Of a stretch of 64,000 bases of DNA, positions 1 to 13,607 are shown in pieces. Position numbers and translations under genes: made by a program. Source of the stretch: Macrostomum lignano (Eukaryota); the NCBI GenBank assembly GCA_002269645.1, contig NIVC01001313.1:186001-250000 (forward strand), read 5' to 3'. Numbering within the stretch: the first letter of the stretch is position 1; the number at the start of each line of letters is the position of its first letter. A model generated the notes under the pieces. That model worked only from the letters and a program-made list of their open reading frames with translations, was not told the DNA's origin and made no database searches.

Positions 1-1140
1 AGTAGTGTCAACATACCTAAATCTTGGAGTAGTGCTGGCCCTTTTTAGTTGTTGCATTTGTCATTAAGTCAATAGAGTGTTGCCTTGGGCAGCTTCAAGC
101 AAAGTTTCCATGGTGCCAGCCTTAGCTAGACAACTATTTATGCTGTATTCAGTGGCACTAATAGTCGCAGCAGCAGGCAGATACAGCTTGTCAGTGTGCT
201 TGAATCTGCCAATACATTGCAGCACTTTGCAAATATAAGCCTAGATATGCTGCAGCTATACATGGCAGTCTAGAACCAATGATGCATATAAAAACATTAT
301 TTGGCTTGATTACCACAGTGCTCCTTTTGGCTTGGCTTCTATTGTCATCATCTCAAACACAAAGTCTCCATTTAGCCACTTGTAAGCATTGTCTAGCTGG
401 CCTTTCAGAACTCAAATTTTGCATTTTAGGTCAAAAGTGGCTTTCTTGGCCTTTTTGGTAGCGCAGCATTGCCAGCTCTCATCTTTTGCTTGCAACTAAA
501 GCTTTTGGATGGTTGCAGCTTGCATCTTCACTTTGAATTGCCAGTCATGCATTGCCAGGTGCTCCTGCCGATTGAGTTGCTGGTTGATATGCTTTGTTTG
601 CAGCCATTGCTGCAGCTTTAGATGAAAACAGCAGATGCATTCATTGTGAGATGAAATCTGTAAATAGAACTTGATCTGTTCCTGTCTCAGTAAATAGATT
701 TCCTCTAGCAAGGCAGCCTCAATACCATGCTACTTATCTACTGATGGCAAAGCAGGAGGTTGTAATTGGGGAGTTAAAAACTACTGATCAGACAGGCCTA
801 AGTTGTACCAAGATTCGCCACTTCTCTGCTTTTCTCAATTATGTGATTTGTACAGAGAATTTTCTGTCTGCTACAGAGCTGCAATATGCCTCAACAGCTT
901 CTATTTCTGCTGATCATCAATCGGCTTGTGATGACCAAGCAGCTCCAGAACTGTGTCAGCCCTATGATGTCTTAGCAGGATTCTTTTTTCATCTACATTT
1001 CGCAGTCAATTACAGTCTTAACTGTACACATTACTATACCTTGTTTTGGTCATAAGCACTTTGGTATAGCAGATGTGGCAGGGCCAGGTGTGGCTATGGC
1101 AGGTGAAGCTTGTCTCTGACATCTTTTTGAAAGTGTCTTA
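1..1140 (-). mobile_element. Heavily decayed retroelement-like fragment (possible gag/aspartyl protease remnant)
   Basis: Broken coding-like frames on the minus strand, including VLADSSTLTSCI, which resembles a retroviral-type D-S-G protease motif. Several stops are TGA and CpG is rare. Weak motif match only. Confidence 0.25.
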
Positions 1141-3118
1141 CACAAAGAATGGAAAGACAAAGTCAAACTAGCAATTGACAATTAGGTATCTATTAACAAT
1201 GTCAATGATACTGAAGTGAAGATCCAAACAATGAAATGCAATGTATAGTTAAAGTTAATGCTTTTATTAGCAATGCTTTAAAACTTCTGGAGCATAAATG
1301 TCATTTAATATTTTATATCTAGACAACTCTTAAGACTAAAAATGAATATATCTATACGAGCGTATATACAAAAAAGTTTCACAGTTCCACATGTTTGAAC
1401 TACTGGATTCTAAAAAAGGTTAGCACCTAAAAAACTTGATCAGCCCAAGCCTAACTTTGCCTAAAACTTAATAACTTATGTACTTATATATATATAATTG
1501 TATATACTTATATGTAGTTGTATATACTTATATGTACTTATACTTATGTAACTATATGTTTTACTACAATTTAACCTTTTTGTGCTGGAGCTACAAATAC
1601 AAAAGCTCCATTCTTGCTGACATGGTCAGCTGGGCTGACTATAGACCATAGCTAGAATCTTAATGCACCCCTGTGCAAAGCCTTTTTAGCCAAGAAAGGA
1701 ACATTTTATACTTTTAGCATATGCAAATGGAACCCTGTTAAATATAATATATTTAATATAAAATTTTTGCTATAATTTTTTTGCTAATTTTTTTTTCTTT
1801 TTTCTTAACTTTTGATCTAAACTTAGCATTTAACTTAAGTGTCTATTTTTTCAATGAAATATTTTTAATAGAAAAAAGATAAGAAATGAGATAAGAGTAA
1901 GAAGAAAAAGACAAAACAAGAAGAAAAGTTCCATAGACCAGATAGAAAGAGGCAAAGGCTAGAGTTTTTCTTTGTCTCTCAGACATCAGACAGACATCAC
2001 CTCTCAATCTATAAATCTATATGGCATGGCATCCCAGCTAATGAGATCAATGCTTTTTAAAATCTTGGTTTGACACTAATTTACCCTCATTTCTATTTGC
2101 TTCCATCCTAACTATTAATAGGTATTTGTTTTAGTATGACTTCAGATTTAAGAATATATATATGCAAAAATAGTTCTAAGGGTTAGAATGTAGTAGGTTA
2201 AATTTTGCAGTTGCAGGTTTAATAGTTTATAGTTGTATAATTATTGGTATTTAAAAATTTGCACTTCTATGGGTCAAAAGGCTTAGAAATATAAGTGATA
2301 AAAGTTGAATAAAAATGTTTGTATTTCATTTAGTTTTGAATTTTTGACAATTGCTATCTAGCATCCTGGTTATATTGGTGCAACATTTAGCTGATCTAGC
2401 CCAAGGGACAGGGTGGTCAAAGTAGGTATAAAGCAAAATTATTAAAAAGCATCAAAACCATGATTGAAAAAAGATTATTACTATCTCTCAAAAACATTCA
2501 GAAAATTGCATAGGTTTCAAATTGCATTAGTATAATCCTGTTTTCAAATGGTACTATAATTACACAGCTTGAAAACACTTAAATAACTCAAAAAGGCATA
2601 GCATGCAACAAATATGCTTTTTATGTGGCTTTCAATAGCACCACAAAGAATAATAGATTGTAGATTGCATATTGTTCTATATTTATCATATGGACCTTGA
2701 TAAACTTAATAGTTTTGTCCTTTAGCAGTGCAAGTCTAATCAGCAAGGACAGATAAAATATGCAGGAAAGGCACAGAAAAGTACAAATACACATTCTAGT
2801 AGGTAAACAAATATTGCATACACTTGATTCATTAACAATTGGTATATATTAGCTCGTATATAGCATTTTTAAAACAAATAGTATGTTTCATTTATCAAAT
2901 TATTTGAAACAATATTTAGCATACATTTAATTTTTTTGTGAATAGCATATTATAGTTATTAACAACAATATCAGCTGAGATAAGAAAGGCTTATTAGTCA
3001 AGAAATTCGATACAAAGTGAATACCTTAATATAACACCAATATAAGAATCTATCTTAAGCAAAAACAGTTTAAACAACCTTACTATAATAACACTTCATC
3101 TTAATTCCTTCATTGTAG

Positions 3119-6100
3119 AAATGCTACGAACAGAAGCAATACAAAAATGGACTCAAATTTGCCAAACAGATCCTGTCCAATCCAAAATTTAGTGAACATG
3201 GTGGTAAGTTTTGTTTTACAAGGAGAAATATGGAATTATTGGCAATATGCAATTGTGTAATTAATTGTCAATTATAATTATTTAACCTGCAGAAACTTTG
3301 GCAATGAAAGGCCTCATACTCAGCTACATGGGTAAGAAAGATGAGGCATGGGAACTGGTCAAGCGCGGCCTAAAAAACAATCTAAAGAGTTGTATTTGTA
3401 AGTACTGAAAAATTTATGTTTAATTTTATTTTTATTAAATTAATTCCAAGCTTGCTACTAACAGTAGCTTAAATGCTCCATTCTTATTTGCTTATCAATC
3501 AGGTTGGCACGTATTTGGCTTGTTGCAACGAGCCGAACGCAAATACGACGAAGCTATGAAAGCTTACAAATGCGCTCTACGATTTGAATCGGACAATATG
3601 CAAATATTGCGCGATTTGTCTCTGCTGCAGGTGCAAATGCGCATTCTAGATGGCTATAGGGATACCCGCTATCAACTGTTGCTGCTGAGACCGCAACAGA
3701 AAGCATCTTGGATTGGATACGCAATGAGCTTTCATTTGCTAGGCGACTACGATGGCACTTTGGCTATACTGAAGGAATATTGCAAGACTCAGAAACCATC
3801 TAGCCAGTACGATTATGAGCACTCTGAGCTGCTACTGTACATGGTATCCGTGATGCTGGAAGCTGGCCAACAGCAAGCTGCGCTCGACTTTCTTAACGAG
3901 CACGACGCTAACATAATGGATCGAACCTACACCAAAGAGGTGCGCGCCCGCCTCTGTTCGGAGCTCGGCCGCCTGTCCGAGTCTGAGACCGTCATGAGAG
4001 AATTAATTAGCGTTAATCCGGAGAATCGAGCCTACTATGCTCAGCTAGAGGAGCTGCTCAAGCCAAGCGGACCAGTCGAACGGATGGCTATCTACGCTGA
4101 CCTGCGCAAGACGCATCCGCGCGCCGCCATGCCCAGACGGTTGCCATTGGATTTTCTAACCGGCGACGAATTCGTTAAAGAGCTTGACAACTATCTTAGG
4201 CAGTCGTTTCACAAAGGCGTGCCGCAACTGTTCCGATTGGTTGAAGGCCTGTACGACCAGCCTGGCAAAGCCGATGTCGCGCTCCGATTGGTTGAAGGCT
4301 ATCGGTCCAGTCTAGCTGACTGCGGCAGATTCGGCGAATCGGATCCGGCCTCTAGCGCCGAGCCGCCTTCCACCTTGGTGTGGGTCTGGTACTACTTGGC
4401 CCAGCACTATAGCAAGCTGGGCCGGCCGGCCGAGGCCCTGCGCGTGATCGATCTGGCTATTGAGCACACCCCAACCCTCACCGAGCTCTACTCTCTCAAA
4501 GGCCAAATCTACAAAGACGCCGGCGATATTGTGTCAGCTTGCGAATATTTAAAAGAGGCGCAAAGTTTAGACACGGCCGATCGATACGTCAATTCTGTCT
4601 GCGCTCGCTACCTGATACAGGCTGGCAGGATGGAGGAGGCTGAACAGTTTCTTGGTCGGTTTACTCGGGTGAGTAATAATCTTAATCTATCTGACTATCT
4701 ATCTATCTATCTATCTATCAATCTATCTATCTATCTCTATAATAACCAATAGTGACTTTTGTAGTGAAATTTACTTTTTGAATAATAAAGCTACTTTCAG
4801 TAGTTTTCAAGTAAATTGTGATTATTATTCAATACAAATTTAAGATAATGATTTGATTCATATGCAAAAAACAACAGATTTATTGTTTTGCTGTCTTAGA
4901 TGTCTATGCTTACGCCAATATACGGTTCTTTTCAAAAGCTAAGTTGTGTATTTAACTTGTATTCTAAATATGTTTTTAATTTATGCAATCGGTTACCTAC
5001 GTAAGCTGGTTACAGGTTAGCTTAGGTCACGTTAACAATAAGTTTATCACAGCTTAACCTGCGAATCTGCCTCTCAGTTTATCTTGCCAGTCTCGCCACC
5101 TTCGGATCAGCCGGCCAAGTGGTCTAGGGGTATGATTCTCGCTTCGGGTGCGAGAGGTCCCGGGTTCGAATCCCGGCTTGGCCCCGAGTTTTTGCGATTT
5201 TGGTAGCGCAATTTTTTCAGTGTTCTGAATATTTTTAACGCACAGTACTCAATAATACGAGTGAAAATATAAACTAAAGCCATGTTTTAAATTTGCGTAG
5301 CCGATATGTATCGTCGAAAACTTTCTAAAGCATAAAATTACATTGTGTACGTTTTGTTTTTTTGTAGGAGGGCACAATCGCCGGTGAGCACCTGGCCGAC
5401 ATGCAGTGCATGTGGTACCTGACCGAATGCGCCGCTTCCTACAAACGCCTGGGCCAGTACGGCCAGGCCCTAAAAAAGTGCCACGAAGTTGAACGCCATT
5501 TCAACGAAATGGTCGAGGACCAATTCGATTTCCATTCATATTGCTTGCGCAAGATGACACTAAGAGCGTACGTGTCCATGCTGAGGCTAGAAGACAAGCT
5601 CAAAGCGCATCCATATTATTTTACTGCGGCCCGACTGGCTATTGACACCTATCTCATGCTGCATAGGCGGCCTTTGGACGCTCTGGCTGACGACTCTGTT
5701 GGAAAAAATGACGGCTTATCCGCTGGGGAAGCCAAAAAGCTGAGAAGCAAACAGAGAAAAGCTCAGAAAAGGGCCGAACAGGTATGAACTATTACATAAT
5801 TGGTATCACCGAGTTTTTAAATATTCAAGATTGCTCTTTTGAAAAATTCACTAGTGCACTACTCAAGAACAGATATAAATAGTAAAGTATTAAAAAAATT
5901 ATCTTTACATATGCAAATTCTACTACTGTCTAAGAGTAGTCGCATGCACTTTATTATTAAACTAAATGCACTAGCTTAAAGATTTATTCATATATTAAAT
6001 AGCATAATGAAACGCCTAAAAAATGACTATTCAATAATTTGGCCAGGAGCGCCAAAAAGCCGAACAAGAGCAAGCGGCCCGTCTAGCGGCTAGAAAGGCG

Positions 6101-7290
6101 CATAACAAAGAGCACGACGCCGATTCGGACGCAAACGCATTCAAAGAGGAGGCTCTCGACCCTGAGAAGCTGGCCCGCACTGATAAGCCGTTAGATCAGG
6201 CCGTGACCTTTCTTCGCCCGCTGCTCAATCTGTGCCCGGACAGTGTGGAAGCTCAATGCCTCGGCTTCGATGTCTATCGGGCGAGGCAACGTCCGCTGCT
6301 GATGCTGCGCTGCCTATTGAAAGCCAAGTCAATCGATGCTAGCCATCCTTGGCTGCACGCTTGTTTAGTTCGCTTCCTGGCTATGACAGCCGATCAGCAG
6401 GGCGCCATGGCCGCTATGGAGCCGCCAGTTCGAGCTCTGATTGTGCAACACCTGCCCAGCCTGTTTGGCAGCGCCAGCGTTGCGCCAAAAGCTTTTAATG
6501 ACGCCTTCCTCGCTAAGAGTGCCGGCGATTTTGTGAACACCTGCTGGGGTAAGCCTAAATGCATGAGCGGCTTTTGGTATGGATAGGGATTAACAAAGTA
6601 ACTAATAAAATAACAGATTTAGAATTGAATCATTTCCCAAAATCCCCCAAACCCTGGCGCACTTTAAGCGACATTGTCACACAACCGTTTAGAGGTATTT
6701 CGGCCCCTTCCGCTGAATTCCGTGAGCAGGCTCCCCTAATACCTATGCAATCATACGCACAGGCACATACTCAGGAGTGTACGTCTGCCCTAACTTTATT
6801 TATCGTTAGAGCAGAGCGAAGCCGAGATTCCAATTTAACCCTAAATTAATGTAACTGCACTAGGAATCAAGCCTGGGCCGCTGGCACATCAGAGCGCCGC
6901 GTAGGATAAATCGTGCATTAAGTACTTTTGTAAAAATTCAAATTTCTATTTTCAACGCCAGGCCTCCGTCTAAAATACGAGCTGGAAGGCCCCAGCAGCC
7001 AGTCGGCCTGCTTAGCCGCCCTGACCGCCGCCCTGTCCGCCGGCTCAGCAGCCGGTATTGAGCGCCAACTGGAAGCCTGCTCCAATGCCTACATTGAGCT
7101 CCGGTCTGGCGATCTATTTGGCACAATTGATGCCGACAATTTGAATCGGCTGCGCACGCAATTGCACGATTTATTCCCCTATGCTAGGGAATTCTTCTCT
7201 CCAACTGATGCCGCAGCGGCCGCCGCTGCCGTTGTCAAAATTCAATCGCAAGTGCTAAACGGCGAGACTAGTAACAATGGCGACGAGTAA
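3119..7290 (+). CDS. NAA15: N-alpha-acetyltransferase 15/16, NatA auxiliary subunit (TPR protein); first coding exon not located
   Basis: Exons 3119-3203, 3293-3397, 3503-4668, 5368-5781, 6047-6548 and 6962-7290 join in phase at GT-AG sites. Translation contains [28 protein letters not shown] and [15 protein letters not shown], typical of NAA15/16. Confidence 0.95.
4686..4740 (+). repeat. (TATC)n microsatellite in NAA15 intron
   Basis: Visible ctat/tatc tetranucleotide run just after the 4668 donor. Confidence 0.85.
5113..5184 (+). tRNA. tRNA-Pro (anticodon CGG), intronic in NAA15
   Basis: 72 nt; acceptor stem GGCCAAG/CTTGGCC; anticodon arm CTCGC-TTCGGGT-GCGAG; T-loop GGTTCGAATCC; followed by a T-run terminator. 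Confidence 0.95.
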
Positions 7291-9051
7291 TGACGCACGA
7301 TAATGAGCAGTTGCACCTTTGAGCTAGAAAAGAATGGGGATTTTTTAAGTTCGTCTAAATTAAAATATGTTCGATATAGCCTACTTTTTCGGTGATCTAA
7401 GTAGGCAAGTGATGAATTTTGTTAATATTTTTTTACTGAAAATATTTCAAATTCTGACTTTTCTAAGAAATTCTTTTTGCCTACTTATCATTTTCACCCA
7501 CAACAGTAGTATAGATTGAATATATTTATTATATAAGAAACTCGATGAAGCATTCAGTATAACTTTTAAAACATACCTGCTAATCAATTTATATAGCTGA
7601 TTAAAATCGACCTTCAAAGCTATTGCGTTATTCTTACCTTAGATGCACCCTAATTAACGGAACTGCAAAATATCTTTCATTAGAAAAAATTTCCCACTAA
7701 TTTAAAAAGAAATAGGCGTTCACTCACTCCGATCTTTTTTATCTCTACGCCGTCATTCATTATCCAGTTAATCCGCTTTCAATCAAGTTAAATTACTCTC
7801 TAACCGCTTGCGAGTGGGGCTTTTTTACGCGTGTCACTATTATATTACCTTATCGCTTTTGTAGAATTATCCCCCTTATCTGTTCAGTTGTAGCTCAGTA
7901 GTATCTATTTCCTGTCAGTAGTATGACAGCAAATCTTAATTGTTTTCATCTGTCTTCTTTGTTGCTTTTTTAGGTTAAATTAATGATAAAAATATGTAAT
8001 TGGATTATGATGGATTCCATGTTCGGCCCTGTTTGATTTGCTATGTGGGGAATTCTTTGCCATTGGTATTTTTTCGTTTTAAACTATACCGCTTCTTAAC
8101 TATTCTCCCTGTAGTTGAACTTTGGTTCAGCATATTGATAATAATTATCGTGAGCACGCTGAGAATTTACTCAAAATCGTTGCTGTGCTGGTTCCAATTT
8201 CAATACTGACTTCTCCCTACACGCTATTTTCGATTAATTTTTGCCAACTGTTTTTCGTTTATCATGTACTACTGCTACTACTACTGGGGCACTAATAAGT
8301 TGTGAGTAGTATACTCTGCTTTACGCTCTGGTCTCTACTTCGCTGTTAAATAGTTAGTGAGACTCCAATTTGTTTTAATTTGTTTGTCTTTTTTCTCAGT
8401 TTCTGAACCGTGTGTGCATGCTAGTTTCAGTTGGTCTTTTTTATAGAATATTTAACTGGCTCCTAATCTGCGGATTGTCTTTAAAATTAAATAACACCAT
8501 TTCTTTTGTCTGCTTCTCTTAAGTACATTTGAAAAAATCGATTGCCAAGCCTCTCCGGGTTCGTCTTGGTGTGCCCGTTATTGCTTTGTCAACCCCGCCG
8601 CCGCCCTCAGCAGCTTTAGAATTGTGTTTGTGTTAGCTGAAATGCCACCCGTGTCCACTCCTCTCTTCCCTTCCGCCGCCTTCTGTCAGTTGCATATTAC
8701 TTAATTATTTACTTCTTTATTTAATAATATGTAATAGCAAATGTTGAGATCTGTTTGACCCTGTTCACTATTTATAATTAGCTGCGTACTATTATATCTG
8801 ATATGAATGTATGTTTATCAGAATGCGACACACTCGCCTGCCGTAATGTTGTTCGGTTAAAGCCACTTGTTTTGTATGCGTGCGCATTATGAGAACTACT
8901 GTGCCCGGCAAAATTACCGCTCTTATAACTATACACTTTTCCTTTCTAATAGGGGCATTGACTTGGACTTGATTTTCTTTCCTATGCTTTTACAGACATG
9001 TAAGTATGTAGTTCAATTCTTGAAGGAATAAAACTTATATAGTGATTGTAC

Positions 9052-10070
9052 GGGTTGTAGCCTAGTGCTTGGGGTTGTAGCCTAGTACTTGGGGTTGTAG
9101 CCTAGTACTTGGGGTTGTAGCCTAGTACTTGGGGTTGTAGCCTAGTACTTGGGGTTGTAGCCTAGTACTTGGGGTTGTAGCCTAGTACTTGGGGTTGTAG
9201 CCTAGTACTTGGGGTTGTAGCCTAGTACTTGGGGTTGTAGCCTAGTACTTGGGGTTGTAGCCTAGTACTTGGGGTTGTAGCCTAGTACTTGGGGTTGTAG
9301 CCTAGTACTTGGGGTTGTAGCCTAGTACTTGGGGTTGTAGCCTAGTACTTGGGGTTGTAGCCTAGTACTTGGGGTTGTAGCCTAGTACTTGGGGTTGTAG
9401 CCTAGTACTTGGGGTTGTAGCCTAGTACTTGGGGTTGTAGCCTAGTACTTGGGGTTGTAGCCTAGTACTTGGGGTTGTAGCCTAGTACTTGGGGTTGTAG
9501 CCTAGTACTAGGGGTTGTAGCCTAGTACTTGGGGTTGTAGCCTAGTACTTGGGGTTGTAGCCTAGTACTTGGGGTTGTAGCCTAGTACTTGGGGTTGTAG
9601 CCTAGTACTTGGGGTTGTAGCCTAGTACTTAGGGTTGCAGCCTAGTACTTGGGGTTGTAGCCTAGTACTAGGGGTTGTAGCCTAGTACTTGGGGTTGTAG
9701 CCTAGTACTTGGGGTTGTAGCCTAGTACTTGGGATTGTAGCCTAGTACTAAAGGTTGTAGCCTAGTACTTGGGGTTGTAGCCTAGTACTTGGGATTGTAG
9801 CCTAGTACTAGGAGTTGTAGCCTAGTACTAGGGGTTGTAGCCTAGTACTTGGGGTTGTAGCCTAGTACTTGGGGTTGTAGCCTAGTACTTGGGATTGTAG
9901 CCTAGTACTAAAGGTTGTAGCCTAGTACTTGGGGTTGTAGCCTAGTACTTGGGATTGTAGCCTAGTACTAGGAGTTGTAGCCTAGTACTAGGGGTTGTAG
10001 CCTAGTACTAGGGGTTGTAGCCTAGTACTAGGGGTTGTTGCCCAGTACTAGGGGTTGTAGCCTAGTACTA
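9052..10070 (+). repeat. 20-bp minisatellite (GGGGTTGTAGCCTAGTACTT), about 51 copies
   Basis: Units stay in register across the 60-column lines, so there are no indels. A 160-bp higher-order period is visible at 9731/9891. Confidence 0.97.
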
Positions 10071-10404
10071 GGGGTTGTAGCCTAGTGGTTAGAGCATCAG
10101 AATCGCGAGTAGAAGGTCGGGGGTTCGATTCCCGATCCCACTGGAACAACTTGTGTCCTTAAGCAAGTCACTTGAGTAAATCACTTAACTCTGCATTGCT
10201 TCAGTTCACCCAGCTGTAAAATGGGTGCCAGCATTAGCTAGGATAATTGAGGGTGTGTGTGGCGACCCCCCCCCCCCAGTCCTTGGACTGAACAGCCGTA
10301 CGCAGCCTTCGCGCAATAGCTGCGGCTGAGCTGTGGGTTGCACTGCTTGCACATCTGGTGCAATCGGGGCAGGTGTAGTCAATTATTATAATTTCTATTA
10401 TTAT
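10071..10404 (+). mobile_element. tRNA-derived SINE with CORE-like central domain
   Basis: A-box TAGCCTAGTGG and B-box GGTTCGATTCC. Central GTGTCCTTAAGCAAGTCACTT...CAGCTGTAAAATGGG resembles the CORE/MIR domain. Ends in an ATT-rich tail. Confidence 0.8.
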
Positions 10405-10680
10405 GGTGAATAGAAATTATTAAGGTAATGCTACTACTATTTTACTACTACTACTACTATTTATCCTGAAGCTCCCAATTAAATAGTAAAAAGTTTTATA
10501 TATCTGGTTAAATAGTTTTATACCTTATTGTAACTCTACTAAGTAAAAGTCACTTTTAACAGTTTCTTTAAAAATGTTTGTAAAAAGCTTCAGTAGTCTA
10601 CTGCTAGTAGCACAGTTGGCTTATACGCACAGTAATTAATTGTTAAATGCATGCGAATCGCAAGCACCCTCTAAAATAAA

Positions 10681-11013
10681 ATGAGCGCAGCCAAAAGAGC
10701 CAGCAAGAAGGCGCAGGAGAACATCAACGCCCGATTGGCTTTGGTGATGAAGAGCGGCAAAGTTGTCCTCGGTCTCAATCAGACCATCAAATGCCTGCGC
10801 CAGGGCAAGGCTAAGCTGGTAATCTTGGCCAATAACACCCCGGCGCTGCGCAAGAGCCTTATTGAGTACTACTCAATGCTGGCCAAGGCCGGTGTCCATC
10901 ACTATACTGGCTCCAACATTGAATTGGGCACGGCCTGCGGTAAGCACTTCAAGATCTGCACTATGGCCATTCTGGATCCCGGAGATTCCGACATCATCCG
11001 CGAATTGAACTAA
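10681..11013 (+). CDS. RPL30: 60S ribosomal protein L30 (eL30), intronless ORF
   Basis: 110 aa with [16 protein letters not shown] and [18 protein letters not shown]; AATAAA about 30 nt after the stop. Confidence 0.95.
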   Translation: MSAAKRASKKAQENINARLALVMKSGKVVLGLNQTIKCLRQGKAKLVILANNTPALRKSLIEYYSMLAKAGVHHYTGSNIELGTACGKHFKICTMAILDPGDSDIIRELN

Positions 11014-11404
11014 AGGCTTGACTAACTCTGTGGCCGCTTCATAAATAAATAGGGTTAAATAGGGTTAAAATGAGTAATAATAAAAATTGAAGGACTGAAT
11101 ATTGCAGCAGCAGCAGCAGTAGATCGATTTGGTTAAATTTGTTTTAAAAATTGAAAAAAAATAAATTAAAACAAATTTAGCTTAAAGTGTGCGTTTCGCC
11201 GATCTTGGATAATTATTGTTGTTGTATTCTTGTCTTCTTTCTTTCATTTTTATGCGTACGCATTTTTATCCTCTGAATTTATCCTCTGAAACTGCACCAT
11301 AATAGGCCCTCAATTTAACACATAGAGATAGTTACTATACCTATTTACAGTATTAAAGTAGCGTCCCGTAACATATAGCAAATAGCATCCCATATAAAAG
11401 TGCC

Positions 11405-12255
11405 CCTTAACAGTGTCCCATAACAGTGTCCCATAACAGTGTCGCACAACAGTGCCCCATAACAAAGCCCCATAACAAAGCCCCATAACAGTGTCACATA
11501 ACAAAGCCCCATAACAGTGTCACATAAGTGTCTCATAACAGTGTCTCATAACAGTGTCCCATAACAGTGTCACATAAGTGTCGCATAACAGTGTCGCACA
11601 ACAGTGCCCCATAACAAAGCCCCATAACAGTGTCACATAACAAAGCCCCATAACAGTGTCCCATAACAAAGCCCCATAACAGTGTCACATAAGTGTCTCA
11701 TAACAGTGTCCCATAACAGTGTCACATAAGTGTCTCACAACAGTGTCCCATAACAGTGTCACATAAGTGTCTCATAACAGTGTCCCATAACAGTGTCACA
11801 TAAGTGTCTCACAACAGTGTCCCATAACAGTGTCACATAAGTGTCTCACAACAGTGTCCCATAACAGTGTCACATAAGTGTCTCACAACAGTGTCCCATA
11901 ACAGTGTCACATAAGTGTCCCATAACAGTGTCACATAAGTGTCTCACAACAGTGTCCCATAACAGTGTCACATAAGTGTCCCATAACAGTGTCACATAAG
12001 TGTCCCATAACAGTGTCGCACAACAGTGTCCCATAACAAAGCCCCATAACAAAGCCCCATAACAGTGTCACATAAGTGTCTCACAACAGTGTCCCATAAC
12101 AGTGTCACATAAGTGTCTCACAACAGTGTCCCATAACAGTGTCGCACAACAGTGTCCCTTAACAAAGCCCCATAACAGTGTCACATAAGTGCTCCATGAC
12201 AGTGCTCCATAACAGTGTCACATAAGTGCTCCATGACAGTGCTCCATAACAGTGT
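11405..12255 (+). repeat. Minisatellite of about 12/24-bp units (CCCATAACAGTGTCACATAAGTGT variants)
   Basis: Tandem degenerate repeats between RPL30 and RBM17. Confidence 0.9.
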
Positions 12256-12432
12256 TATAACTGTTAATTGCCACGACATTGCGCCATAACAGCGCCTCTT
12301 ACAACAGTTAAAACAACATCTCTTACCGCTTGTAGCATCTCAGATTTCTAATAAGAAATTTTACATTAAAATCAGGCAGTGAAATTAATGGCCCGCGTGC
12401 GCACATTCCTGCTCAGCAGATTTCGCTACTGA

Positions 12433-13572
12433 ATGTCGCTATACGACGATCTCGATGTCACACCCGGAGCCAATTCCGGCGGCGTCGGGGGCGGCAGCGC
12501 TGCATCCGGTTGGAGTCTTCCTATGCAGAAGACTTTGCTTTTGCAACAGCAGAAACGTTTACAACAGCAGCAACAACAGCAGGCTGCGTCGGGTGGCAGC
12601 GGCTCAGCATCATCTGGCCCGACTCTGGCGCCGGTGCTGAATCTGCGCGGCAAGCAGCGGGACTCCCGCCATGGTGTCATTGTTGGCAATCTGGGCTCCG
12701 GCGTTGGCGGCGGAGAGTACAGGTTCGGGATGGCATGTTTGCGGGATTGTAGGAGTCCTCAAATAGCCGTTCTCAGTCCTCAGATGGCCTCGCAGTCAGC
12801 CGTTCCGAGTTCTCAAATAGCTGCCACAATCCTCAAATAGCCACCCAGTCCAACAGCCATCCCAGTCCTCAAATAGCCATCCCAGTCCTCAAATAGCCGC
12901 CCCAGTCCTCAAATAGCCATTCCCAGTCCTCAAATAGCCACTTCAGTCCTCAAATAGCCATTCCCAATCCTCAAATAGCCATTCCCAGTCCTCAAATAGC
13001 CATTCCCAATCCTCAAATAGCCATTCCCAGTCCTCAAATAGCCGCCCCCAGTCCTCAAATAGCCGCCCAGTCCTCAAATAGCCACCCCAGTCCTCAAATA
13101 GCCACCCCAGTCCTCAAATAGCCACCCAGTCCTCAAATAGCCATTCCAGTCCTCAAATAGCTACCCCAGTCCTCAAATAGCCATTCCAGTCCTCAAATAG
13201 CTACCCCAGTCCTCAAATAGCTGCCCCTAGTTCTCTAGTATAAAAGTGTGTGAATGCTAGTTAGTCTCGCACAAAGAGCTAAAGCGCAAACAAAGACACA
13301 CTTGTGTACAACGCACCCGGCCACACACACGCAACCGCATTGGTCCCAGATTCAACCAGCGCACTGGCCGAATGGAACGAGCCGAACCGGTTGCCGGCGT
13401 AGCCAAATCAATAGCCAACGATCCCACTCTGTCGCTCGGCCCAGACGACGATTATAATCCATTTTATCCGAACGAATACGACGAAGTTATTGGCATGATT
13501 CGGGCTAAAAGAAAGATGCAAGAATTAGCTGACAATGAGAAACAGATCAAGCAGAAGCAGCAAAAGCAGCAG

Positions 13573-13607
<35 letters not shown>

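Noticed and set aside
2026-2067. Candidate first NAA15 exon (MASQLMRSMLFKIL)
   Set aside because: The donor GTTTGA is weak and the match to the expected LPPKENALFKRIL is poor.
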